A stretch of DNA of 63,766 nucleotides, the filler included, from Octopus bimaculoides (Eukaryota): the NCBI RefSeq assembly GCF_001194135.2. It is 4 parts of 4 records of this genome, joined end to end, with 100 filler letters (N's around TTAATTAATTAA, not from the genome) between each part and the next. Parts side by side here need not be neighbours in the genome. Positions count along the whole stretch, not along the records: positions 40,951 to 63,766 come from NC_068988.1; 3 more parts are not named here. One strand, given 5' to 3'. The translations under genes were made by a program, and so were the position numbers. Shown in pieces: positions 51,244 through 63,766 of the stretch; the first letter of the stretch is position 1; each line of letters begins with the position of its first letter. Below the pieces are notes generated by a model, which was given only the letters and a program-made list of their open reading frames with translations, did not search any database and had not been told where the DNA came from.

Positions 51244-53387
51244 GATATGGTACTGATCGTTCACTTCATTTCTTTAAAACATTATATCGCTGAAAATTTT
51301 TTCACTCAGTGGTCAAGCATTACTTCTTCATTTACGTAAAGTTGTCCATAAATGTTTGTGCCTTATCTGTAATCGAAAAGTTAATTTTGTGTATGAGAGG
51401 AATTCTTTCCCGTTAGAGCTGTTTAACATGGCTATTAAATGAAAGTTTGCGATAATAAAATTAATATTTGAATATCAATTCTGTTGACCTAATATAAACT
51501 TAAAGTTTATTTCTGTTTGTTTCTAATTTAGCGCTCTATATTATCGACATTTAATGATAACGAAAAGCGAGTGAGCAATTCTCCGGAATTCTGCAATGTG
51601 ATTGATTGGTGTTTCATTCATACTAACAGCGTTATAACCTTTGATTTTTGCATACATACACAGCACACACTCACACACACGTATGCGGAGTGAGTCAAAA
51701 ATTATACGCACTCTTATTTCTTTAATTTACGAACGCAAATGCAGTTGGTGAACAATTAGAACTTTTTGTGGAGAAAAAGTTTTACGGCTAGTCACACAGT
51801 GTTTCTATAGCCAATCGACGAAGTAATAAAAGACGTTTGGACGGTCCAAATTTGTAATAGTCGGAAAGGACGTGATTGGGATTATATGCAGGGTATTCCT
51901 GTAAGTAAAAAATTGATTTTTCCATGATTTCAGCAGTGTGGGCACCGGTATGTGGACGTGCAACAATAGCAATTGATTTGATAGTAAATCTCTACTTTGA
52001 GGCGAATTGGTGATTCGATGTTGTTGGCCAGCTTTTAAGTTTTCCAGGTAATGTTAAACGACATACTTTCTCCGTTCCATATAACGGATATCATCACATT
52101 TTCTATTAAAACTGAGTCTAGAATATACTCTTTGCATTGCAGTTCTTAAAATTTTATTTCAGTTAATATCACATAAACGCTAACACTAAAATACTAACTC
52201 ATAAAACTATATTAGCCTCTCGGGTATTATGCCAGTATTCCAGTATCCCAACGGAAAATAATGGAAGGAACTGATATGTGAGTTAACCTGAGGCCTACGT
52301 AATTTGGAAAGCCTGAAAGTGAAAATGTTTTTAATGCAGTGTGTGCAAACATGAAGCAAATATTGCGAAGAATAATTTTGAAAATTTAGAAATATTTCGA
52401 GATTCCATTAATATCATTGAAGCCACTGGGTTATATTTGTAGAGGACTCACAAATCAGAAATGAAAACATTTAACAGAAGATAAACACAATTAAAATTCT
52501 TCAAATTTTTAGAAGCGAAAAGTTTTATTCCTCTATTACAAGCCTCTGCATCATAACATTTTGGCATATGATAACGCCTTCATTCACCTGAAAGATTCCG
52601 ATAGACAGAAGTATACGTTGCATCTTCCGTATTGCACGTAAATTTGCGAACAAATTTCATGGCTCTGATGTGTGTGGATTTGAAAGAATAATGAATATCG
52701 AATTATTCTATTCATAATGTTGATCGAATGATATCGTGTATCTTTCAATTCTTAATTATATATAGATCCTCAAACGTCTCAAAGGCTTCTTGCAAACTAT
52801 TTGGCATGCAAGTTACAGTAACAATTAATACTGAATGAACTATTTTCCTAGAATTATTTCCTCTTTACACTCCAGCAAATTCTTTCTTCGTTCAATGAAA
52901 ATCCTTATTAGAGTCACAATTTAAACGATTTGTTTCTTATATGAAATATTTCACTAACCTGAATAGAAGAAAAAAATTAAGGAATATTAACTGGTTCAAG
53001 TTAAAATATCGTTCTTGTATAATAACACATTTACTATACATAAAGCATAAAGTATTCCAAATATTGGAGAATAGTACATACACTTGTGTAATACCACCAA
53101 AAGAAAAGCTATATTGGCTTCGAAATCCAGCCAATACAAATTGAAAATTGAGGATTTACACAAATGCAAACATCTGTGACACTTCTCACGTTATTATATT
53201 GAAAATGTCACAACTGTGTTTCTTCTCAATACAAGGGTCTTCACAAAGAATTGTTGTACTGAGCTAAAGGAAATTCACCACATGTTATTTCTACAATGAG
53301 CAGAAGTTTTACAGTTAATGATTCTAAGAAATAACAGATATATGTAAAATCTATTCTAATACATGTTTACCACACACACATACACAA

Positions 53388-53420
<33 letters not shown>

Positions 53421-54677
53421 CACACATACACACACACACACACGCACACGCACGTATATACGTACAGTTATAAGTGACAGACACATGGTTTGATGAAATT
53501 TTGTTTAACAATACGAAAATTCAAATATCACGTCGAATTGGTTCGTAACATATAACATGTAGATAATTTACATTATTATATTATAATGATAAATTAATTT
53601 CTTTGATGTCTGCAGTAATACAAAATGCAAAGGATATTTCAAAATAATAAGATACATCATCAGGTGATAGACAACATTTGAATTTTCTTCATTGTTGAGT
53701 ATCATTTCATGAAATAATTTTCCCGTTATTTATGAGTTTGTCCACATTTTATCGTTTTCTTATCTATCAAACCATATATTCTACAAGTTTTGTAGATTGG
53801 TACATTAAGGTGTTTTTCTCATGATTATTACCGGATTACTTCAATCATGATATTGTGATTTAAACTTATATATATATATATATATATGAACACACCCACA
53901 TCTACACGCAATATATATACATACATACACGCGCGCGTACACAGACACAAATACGCACATACGCACATATATATATACACATGCCCATTTCTGCTTTCAA
54001 ATATAAAATTTCANNNNNNNNNNNNNNNNNNNNNNNNNNNNNNNNNNNNNNNNNNNNNNNNNNNNNNNNNNNNNNNNNNNNNNNNNNNNNNNNNNNNNNN
54101 NNNNNNNNNNNNNNNNNNNNNNNNNNNNNNNNNNNNNNNNNNNNNNNNNNNNNNNNNNNNNNNNNNNNNNNNNNNNNNNNNNNNNNNNNNNNNNNNNNNN
54201 NNNNNNNNNNNNNNNNNNNNNNNNNNNNNNNNNNNNNNNNNNNNNNNNNNNNNNNNNNNNNNNNNNNNNNNNNNNNNNNNNNNNNNNNNNNNNNNNNNNN
54301 NNNNNNNNNNNNNNNNNNNNNNNNNNNNNNNNNNNNNNNNNNNNNNNNNNNNNNNNNNNNNNNNNNNNNNNNNNNNNNNNNNNNNNNNNNNNNNNNNNNN
54401 NNNNNNNNNNNNNNNNNNNNNNNNNNNNNNNNNNNNNNNNNNNNNNNNNNNNNNNNNNNNNNNNNNNNNNNNNNNNNNNNNNNNNNNNNNNNNNNNNNNN
54501 NNNNNNNNNNNNNNNNNNNNNNNNNNNNNNNNNNNNNNNNNNNNNNNNNNNNNNNNNNNNNNNNNNNNNNNNNNNNNNNNNNNNNNNNNNNNNNNNNNNN
54601 NNNNNNNNNNNNNNNNNNNNNNNNNNNNNNNNNNNNNNNNNNNNNNNNNNNNNNNNNNNNNNNNNNNNNNNNNNNNN

Positions 54678-54714
<37 letters not shown>

Positions 54715-55174
54715 GAACATGGTATATTTATATGCGTATCAATTTTTTCCCCTTTCATGTCAGCGCAGATTCGTGTATAAAAATGTGTATGTATTCATTT
54801 TATTGCAGCTTATATGGCTGTTTATCAATTTCGAATTTATTGTGTTGTTTGTCATGGCACGCCCATAATCGTGTTTCATACAGACACTCGTTGGCATGGA
54901 TACGAATCTTTTATTCAAGTAGATTTAATTTTCATTTCAGTTTCTTTTATACAACGTGAGATTTATCAACTATCAGAGGACTTGTTTTTTTCTTGCAATG
55001 CATAAAAATAAAACACGCGCAAAACAGTGTTTACATTCGAAACGGCTCTACCGACCGTAGGTACTATTACCTTTCTTGAAACGTGATCTCGTTATGTGTT
55101 AAATTTACAGTTCGTGCCGTCCATTTTGTTTAATGTTTTCTACACTTCTTGTGTCTATCTATATATACGTATGT

Positions 55175-55332
55175 GGACGAAATGCTTAGCGGTATTTCGC
55201 CCGTTGCCATCTTCTGAGTTCAAATTGTCCGAGACCAACTGTACGTTTCATGCCTCTGAGGTCGATAAATTAAGTACCAATGAAACAAGAGGGGTCAACG
55301 TCATCGACCTATACCCTCCCCCAAATTGGCTG
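55175..55332 (+). mobile_element. SINE family C, partial
   Basis: aaatgcttagcggtatttcg...gagttcaaatt...gtcgataaattaagtacc. Confidence 0.8.
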
Positions 55333-55354
55333 ACATTCTGATACATTTTGAAAC

Positions 55355-55356
<2 letters not shown>

Positions 55357-55432
<76 letters not shown>

Positions 55433-55672
55433 CATTATTTATTTATTTTCTAGTTTCAGCACGAGAGCAGTTTCTTTTGCAATACTTTCACTAAACGTCC
55501 TCTGATATATGGTATTTGATGAATGAGAGAGTTTCCTGTTGCTGCCTTCATCTGTATTTCTTACCGCGAAGTAGGTCCATCCGGATGTTTTGAGAGGTGG
55601 AGATCCAGTTCTATTTTGAAGACGCTGTGTAGGTGTCTCAGGCTTTGTGCGGTGATATAGAAGTACTGTGGA
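55357..55672 (-). mobile_element. CR1/L2-type LINE 3'-terminal fragment with (TAA)n tail
   Basis: PQYFYI...LRHLHSVFKIELDLHLSKHPDGPTSR*...AATGNSLIHQ resembles the conserved C-terminus of invertebrate CR1-like ORF2; followed on its own strand by (TAA)n (55357-55440). Confidence 0.7.
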
Positions 55673-57241
55673 CACGTATGTGTGTGTGTGTATGTTTGCG
55701 TGTCGGTATGTGTGTGTGTGTGTCTGTTCCAACCGTACATTATTTAAAACATCTCCATTAATTGGATTAATCCTCCATTCGATTATTATTCCCTGTTGTA
55801 AATGAAGGCCACCCTTTCATTCATATTCAAATCCTCGTAAACGCCTTTGTAACTGAAATTTAATTTATTTCCATATCTGTTGACTTGTTCAGACGAAATG
55901 CGAACCCTTCAGTCAGTGATCGACATCTTTTGTGATAGTAAATATACTAAAAGTCAACGTCGGTTTCATATTTATGATAGAGTCTTTAATTAAGGTATTT
56001 TGTTGCAAATAACAAATATTTCTTTTTCCACCGTTATCTTCAGTCCCACACAATCTTAATACAACTTCAAGAAAACAGAAACAAGCTATAAAATATATCG
56101 ATCTTTCTGCTAATAGAATAGCGATGATTCCAAGAAAACCTATCTGAAATGTCTATAGCAGAAAACAGAAAACATTATTAAAAGATTACCACATTAATGT
56201 ATAGTCTAACAATAACAAATAGCATTATGCATTAATGGGTTTAAATAAAGAGTTTTCGTCTTTGAAGAAAACCCAAACAGATAGTAAAGATAATTTCAAG
56301 TATGTTTTTTCATACTAATAAATCCCCAACCTCTGAAAACAAGCTTTTTCAATGCTTCGGAGGCGATATGTTTGTTAACTGAAACAATAAAATTCACAGG
56401 AACAACGAATAGCTATCACAAAACATACGTGTTTCTAAAGGTTAAAACAAGATTATACTTTGAAATTCAGAGAAGACAACAAACTCTGAAATTAATAAGC
56501 TCGCCTTTCACAGATTTCTTTATATAGACATAAATATAAACAACCTCTACTCAAAATGATTAAATACGTCTTTTGAATGGTATAGATTTAAATGCTAATT
56601 TTTGTAGGCATATTTAATAAGAATTACACAAGTTTTACTATCGAGGGAACTCAATACGGAAGATAGAGAAAAAAGTTATTATTGTAAAACGTGAGGTTGT
56701 TTGAGACTTCAAGTTTCTATTGACAAATTACTGTTACAGAATCTGAATAAACAGTGAAGAAAAAAATCGTGGTTGTTATCATTATGAATTTTAGACTGGC
56801 ATTAATTTATTCATTTAATATGAAACTGCTATGCCAACCACTTTGTCTCATTACATCGCATCCATCACATTTTATTAAGTCGTATAACATTAAGTAGCTG
56901 AATGGGCCATCATTGTCAGGCTATTTTTACAATAGATTGTCAAATATAAATTTTTGTTTATTCCATGCCTTCCCCGACAAACAGGCCTTTTGATCAGGAC
57001 AGATTTGTGTAATTTTTCGCAAGAAACTGCGTTGAGGATTTTTCTTTCCTTTTTTTAAATTATTTACATATCTCTTCTACCGTATCACATGACTTTATTC
57101 ATCAAAACCTATTAAAACGTACAACTTACAAAGTTCTTACAACTTTGGTTGTCGTAATGCTTTGCTTTCGTTTCTTTAATAAAAAATCGTCCTTGTAATG
57201 ATTTTGATTTCATTTAGTGATAGAGAGCTATCATACAAGAA

Positions 57242-57500
57242 TGCCAGCGTCCAAGTCCTGTCTTCCCGAGTCATACACACATATAAGGCCGGTTTCCCGG
57301 TTTCCATGTGATGTGTATTTCCCACATGGACGGGACGCCGATCCTTCGAAACATTACTCACCTTTGCCTGTCGAGTGGAGTGGAGCAACATGAAGTGCAA
57401 TGTTGTGCTTAAGAACACAACACGTCGCCCGTTCCTGGAACAGAAATCACATTCTTACGATCATGAAGCGAACACTCTAACCACTAAGCGAGGCGCCTTC
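57242..57500 (-). mobile_element. tRNA-headed SINE (head like 40081 copy, different tail)
   Basis: gaaggcgcctcgcttagtggttagagtgttcg...tgttgtgttcttaagcacaacatt...gcgtcccgtcc...ggaaaccgggaaaccggcc. Confidence 0.75.
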
Positions 57501-57660
57501 AAATTCATCCCTATAACATTCTATATTTTCCTCTTCCTATAGAGCCATCCTCCTGTCTATACAACACATAATTATTAGTCAGATCACGCCGTCAACAGCC
57601 GAAACCTTCAGCGAAACGTAAACGCAAGAGATAAAGTAGTTCAAAAGAAGTACATAAATA

Positions 57661-57695
57661 TCGAACTGATGACGGTGAGCCTACTGAATTTTCGA
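57661..57695 (+). ncRNA. Degenerate hammerhead motif (stem III deleted)
   Basis: UCGAA CUGAUGA C GGUG-AGCC-UACU GAA UU UUCGA: perfect 5-bp stem I and 4-bp wobble stem II. Confidence 0.45.
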
Positions 57696-57843
57696 AGTCA
57701 CTATTAAAGTTTTCTCTCTATAAGTTAATACTCGTGTGTTGATCGTATCTTATAATCGTGTATTAGTGTTTCCATGCATTAAATCTATTAATTAATCGCT
57801 CTCGCACTCCCTGTCTTCTTTTCTCTTCTCTCTTTCTCCCCAA

Positions 57844-57921
<78 letters not shown>

Positions 57922-59444
57922 GATTATGATTATAGGTTAGTGAGTAGAAAATGGTGACTTCTGGGGATATTTTTAGGAGCTCAAAGTATGGTAAAATTAA
58001 AAACAGAATTAATTCCCAGACTAGCTTTTCAGGACAATGTAATCAAAGAAAGGCTTGGGCATACGTTTAACTCTGCAAAGTTCTGTGTTCGCATTCTTGG
58101 TCAGCTCCAAACACCATGTTGCACCGTGAATGTAATAAGAAAACGGTTTTAACATGTCTTTTAAATTAAATTTAAATGTTGAAGTGAATCTAACGGTTTT
58201 CGTGTGTTTCTTAAATGTATTTTAAAGCAATATTGTAAACGCATTTTAAACGTAACAATCTGCGCATATATGGGTATATACGTGCGGATTGTTGCTTTTC
58301 ACATCTAATACCAAACCCGATTGATTTGTCTTAACAGCTGTATGAAGTGATAGAGTTTGAAATATTGCATATATACGCAGAAATTCTTGTGGATTACATG
58401 TGCTCTATGTAGTAGATAATTATATTGCTGAAGGCATATTATTGTATTTGGTTACGATATGTAACTTGAAAACTGTTGAAGTATTTAGATAATTTTAAAT
58501 AATCGAAGGGAAAGATAAATCTGGATTTCAGTATTTCCAGATTACTCTTTTGTTATCAACGTATATGATGGGCTATTATTTCAAGAAGTGTGTTTGAGTT
58601 AGCTACAGCATGAGTAAAAATGCTATCTTCCAAAAGAAGAAGATAAGCAGAATGTTTTGCGTAGGAACAAAATTGCTATGACGCACACATTATAAATTAT
58701 TCATTTGAGGTATCCGTATACATAACTACAGCATTCAAAAGGAACTTAAGTTGTTTTCGAAGTTATGTTCCAGAATGTAAAATCTCTCCTCAAATGAAGC
58801 TCAATTTTAATTACACGGCTGCAATAGATACTGTAAACTATCTCTATCTTTTAAGACACTTTTAAAAAATAAAAAAATTGACCATTGAATATGTAAAGCT
58901 GACAAGTGCGATTAGATATAGCACATAGAATGCGTTTCACATACAGGGAAGAAATATTTTTACATGAAAGGAGGGAAACATAATACGTTTCGTGAATAGT
59001 CAGGGCACTACACAATATTACCGGTGCTGTTCTTATGACTTTGCTCATGCAATCATCAGTCACTGATAATTAAAAACACCTACTATAAGATATGCTTTAT
59101 TGTCGGTTATTTAAGTTTGTCCACTTTATTGTCTTGCTATCTGCAGGCTTTTTTTTATCGAAATACTTAATTTTGACCATGGGCGGCACAATATCTAATT
59201 GAAAACAAGAATTCGAAGATTTTAAGAGAGAACTAAAATACATGATGCCTAGTTATCTTATATCAATGCATTTTACTACTGCTTGAAACAACACAAGGAT
59301 GAGTTAAACAAATAAATATAATTGTTCTTGTTAGGCGTTCATGAAATGAGGAAAAGGAAGGAAATGCTTCACACGCACGCACACACACTCACACATACAC
59401 ACATATATATGTACCTGGGTGTAGGTATGTATATAGCGAGATAG

Positions 59445-59445
59445 A

Positions 59446-59531
<86 letters not shown>

Positions 59532-59535
59532 GAGA
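59445..59535. repeat. (GA)n microsatellite
   Basis: Direct reading. Confidence 0.95.
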
Positions 59536-60414
59536 AAGAGCACTGATTTGGGTTGAGCTGCAATAACATAATACGAAACACACAGCAAAGCAAAGCTAAC
59601 TTCAAATAATATACTTCTCATGATATATTTTATTAGAATATATGTAACTGACAAGAAAATAGAGATTTCCGGGTATAATAATCAAAGTTACATTGTTTTA
59701 CACTCGGAAGAGAAGGATGTTTCTTCGAATACATTTTCATCTGATGCACTATGAGCAATAAGTCAGAAATGGCGTTCTGTCGGATGTTTATGAGAAAAGA
59801 AAACCACGCTCACGATATTATTTTTTTATGCAGCTACATAGGCAGATAGAATAGCATAACCTCATTGCCATATCGCTATTTCTAATACACAGGTAGGAAC
59901 ATATTGTGATCACTTATTATTTCCATGGACAATATTTAGAAAATAATTATGTTCATATATCTGTTAAAATTATGTGTGGGGTATTATATATATATATATA
60001 TGTATATATTGGAATTCATAAGGACCTGAATATCAATCTCCAAAGGTATGTTCATATTATATAAAGCTTTACGATATCGAGCAGAGAATGTACGTTAATT
60101 AGATCCAAGAACATTTGAATTATACATTTTCCAGTAGTTTTCTCCCTTATTTTATCTATAATATGTCTGTTCAAGGATATTGCATACAAGCTACAGATTT
60201 AAGATAAATTAAACATGAAACACTATATTATAGGTTCCGAGTAAACACCTGTATAATAAACCTAGTTTTATTTCACATATCCGATATCGAATACATTATA
60301 CAGCACAGACTTAAACCATACGTGCTACACAGCATGTAAGAGTTTCAATGGTATTCGATGAAAAGGATCAGATCAGTATTGGCGACTCGTCATGAATTCA
60401 CGTCAAACCGTCCC

Positions 60415-60477
60415 AATGTCTAAGGATCAAATGTCTAAGGATCAAATGTCTAAGGATCAAATGTCTAAGGATCAAAT
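60415..60477 (+). repeat. Perfect 15-bp tandem repeat (AATGTCTAAGGATCA) x4
   Basis: Direct reading. Confidence 0.95.
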
Positions 60478-60602
60478 AGGCCCTGGACCTCAAAGACAAA
60501 GGTGAGAATGCAGGGGATGAGCAGAGTAAGTTCTCAATAAAACAGTAGAAAATCTCGAGAAACAAGCGCACCCGCACTCTAATGTAAAAAGTGATAGATT
60601 TC

Positions 60603-60604
60603 TG

Positions 60605-60657
<53 letters not shown>

Positions 60658-60682
60658 GTCTATCTATCTATCTATCTATCTT
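60603..60682. repeat. (TATC)n microsatellite
   Basis: Direct reading. Confidence 0.95.
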
Positions 60683-61508
60683 ATATTCATCCATGCGTCT
60701 ATGCATATATATAATGTTTGTATATACATCTATGTCTGTCTATCTGTATCCCTTTACATGATGTTTCTCATTGTATGAGTGCTTACATACATGAATATAA
60801 ACATTTGTGCCAATGAGTGAGTGTGTTTGTTTGCATGTTTGTGTGTGTGTGTGTGTGTGTAGGTGTTTGGTTACTTCATATAATATTTGATATTTTACAA
60901 ATCTCTACATTGATGTTTGACCTCTGTGAGTATCATCTGGTTCGTCTTTCTCGACTTTGCTATAGTAATTTGATATTTTCTTCAGCATTTGTCTCCCTTG
61001 CTAAGCAACATATTTAAACTCAACAATCAAATGGCCACAATTTTTTCTAGAATACCACTTTTTTGAAGAGTCTGGTATAACGCAAATAGCTATCATTATA
61101 CACTCTGTTACAATTCTGGTGAAGTGACTTGAGTAAAAATATAAAGTATTCATTGTGTATTTGACAGTGAAACGTACGTAAATATGTCATTTGTGAAGTA
61201 TTTGACACTATATATGTATGTATATATATATATATATATATNNNNNNNNNNNNNNNNNNNNNNNNNNNNNNNNNNNNNNNNNNNNNNNNNNNNNNNNNNN
61301 NNNNNNNNNNNNNNNNNNNNNNNNNNNNNNNNNNNNNNNNNNNNNNNNNNNNNNNNNNNNNNNNNNNNNNNNNNNNNNNNNNNNNNNNNNNNNNNNNNNN
61401 NNNNNNNNNNNNNNNNNNNNNNNNNNNNNNNNNNNNNNNNNNNNNNNNNNNNNNNNNNNNNNNNNNNNNNNNNNNNNNNNNNNNNNNNNNNNNNNNNNNN
61501 NNNNNNNN

Positions 61509-61547
<39 letters not shown>

Positions 61548-61877
61548 GTGTGTGTGTGAACGCATGTGTGTGTGTGAACGCATGTGCGTGTGCTTGCGTA
61601 CGTTTGTTTGTGTGAGTGTGCATCTGCGTGTGTGTGCATCTGTGTTTGTGTATGTGTGTTTTGTGTGAGTGTGTTGTGTGAGCTGAATGAATTACTGCAA
61701 CGCTAATATATTTGCACACCGCTTTTATCATACGGCACGACATCTATTCTTGACGTCTTATAACTCTCCGAAAAGAAACTACAGAAGTACACCCAAGCAG
61801 ATGCATATTTCCTTATAACCCCTAGACACACATACACATACACACATACACACACGCACACACACATAAACGCACAC

Positions 61878-61922
<45 letters not shown>

Positions 61923-63046
61923 CATGTATGTGTGTGGTATATACATACGTACGTACATATACATATACTTTCTTTCACAGATACAATGTTTTTTGCTGCT
62001 TTACATTTTTTTTCTTTTTTGAAGTAATCAAAGGGCAAAAGCCATTGCTAATCATACTCAAAATTCTTATGTCCTGTCACAGTGAATTGTTTAGAAAAAT
62101 AAATTATCTGTTCAACCACTGACACAGATAGTTTCAAACATTAATCAATACAAGCATTGATTACATTGGAATGACAGTAAAATCAATTTTCTGTTATATA
62201 ATTTGAGCATAATTATATATTTTGAAACTTACAGGAATGTTTCGATATAATTCTATCAACACTCATCTAAGATTGATACTCTATGCTCTAAAATACAATA
62301 TCTGACGTCGAAACGTGGCAGAGCAAACCTTAGTTCTACAATTCAACTTATTTGATACCTTTCGCCTTTTTAAAGAAGTCTTTATTTTAAAGCAGTGCTC
62401 AAATCTTCGCAATAAGCCAACCTATGTAATTTCTTTACTCCTATGTGTATGAAACAAGGCCTTATATACCATTATGGTACAAACATATGTTGAGATACCG
62501 GTCATACGGAATGACTGTTTGTTTATTTAAAAGTATATGATGGTGGCTTGTTGGATTCCGAGAGAGATTGTCTCGCAATGTCTTTCTGAACAACCTGCAC
62601 AAATGGTGTGTTATACTTATCAAATATTTGTTCTATATATAAACTCATTCACTCCATTGTACCAAGGTTGACTTAACACTGCACAGTGTGCCACACATAA
62701 GGCGTCCATATGATCGCAGCGCAATATGAGAAGAAGCGTGTTGCGCAAGAAAAAAACTCACTACCCAGTCCAGGAACTGAAATGACGAAGGCTTCAACGT
62801 GTCCAAATCACTCTAACCATGCATATTTAAGAATATAGAGTTAGAAATAAGATTTATAATTACCTCTATTGAAATATCAAAAATATTGTTTGATTCATTA
62901 CAACAATGCATAAACTCAAAATGTATATATAAAACAGCCAATGTTTTTCGTATAAAGTATATTTTCCACAAGAGGATATTGCATTTTTCATTTAAAAATT
63001 CACACATTAAGAAATGTTAGTCCTTTTCAATATATACACAGTCAAA

Positions 63047-63186
63047 GCCGTGAGCTGGCAAAAACGTTAGCACGCCGGGCGAAAGGCTTAGCGGTATTTC
63101 GTCGCACTTTACGTTCTGAGTTCAAATTCCGCTGAGGTCGACTTTGTCATTTGTCCTTTCGAGTCGATAAATTAAGTACCAGTTGA
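63047..63186 (+). mobile_element. SINE family C, 3'-truncated
   Basis: gccgtgagctggcaaaaacgttagcacgccgggcgaaa...gagttcaaattcc...gtcgataaattaagtaccagttga. Confidence 0.85.
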
Positions 63187-63766
63187 ATGTCTCCCACGAT
63201 AGTTAAGAACCAAATATCAAAGCTTACAGAGTCTACCATAACAACGATAATTGAACGATGTGAAAGTAAAACAACACCAACTACAACCAGATCAATAATA
63301 TTAATAGTAAAAATAATAAATTCATAAACGACATTTGGCAATACGGTGTTCACAGAATATTTGACAACCTATGAGATACATTTAACTTTCATATGAATGT
63401 ATACCCTAAGATTCAAACCAATATTGATAAACATTACATGTATACAAACATGCGCTCTCACACGCACATACCCATATATAAGTGGGGTTCGTTAGGATGT
63501 GTACACGCGTGTGTGTAATAGTCCGATACACACATCGCATGACGTTCTAGTGTGGGCATATATTAGGTGAGCACCAAGATCTGGTAGAAAATACCGGCTC
63601 CAATTGAAATTTGCTGTGCCAGAAACGGGACGAAGATACGAAGCATAATTCTGCACTTCACTTCATTTTTTAAATACTAATTATCTATGAATATACACAA
63701 ACAGATACACGCACATTCCACATATATGCACAAATACACAAACACACTCACGTAGTTACATATATA

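Noticed and set aside
51683-51715. Tc1/mariner-like TIR (gagtgagtcaaaaattatacgca)
   Set aside because: No partner TIR or transposase sequence found nearby.
60415-60477. CRISPR-like array (also considered for 22670-23515)
   Set aside because: Eukaryotic context, head-to-tail units without unique spacers, no cas genes.

Overview
AT-rich, microsatellite-dense eukaryotic genomic DNA; the SINE repertoire and repeat density look like an octopod cephalopod (inference, no database check). No complete gene or recognisable host-gene CDS is present, and nearly all ORFs in the supplied track are microsatellite or N-gap artefacts. Three artificial 100-nt joins (N44-TTAATTAATTAA-N44 at 13560, 39074 and 40851) split the window into at least four separately assembled pieces, so contiguity across them is unproven. 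Supported content: many tRNA-headed SINE copies of several families; a near-full-length decayed CR1-clade LINE (PHD-like ORF1, RT, apparently no endonuclease); two R4/Dong-like RLE-LINE 3' ends at (TAA)n arrays; Tx1/L1 and CR1 fragments; mariner transposase relics, including a fold-back arrangement; MITE-like inverted-repeat elements; and a few weak isolated exon candidates. The most interesting signal is a cluster of hammerhead-ribozyme-like motifs of the minimal type-I kind known from Penelope-like elements, several in small inverted-repeat-bounded or palindromic units. One (5615-5661, minus) has a G3:C8 compensatory swap in the catalytic core. All RNA folds were paired by eye and none has been tested.
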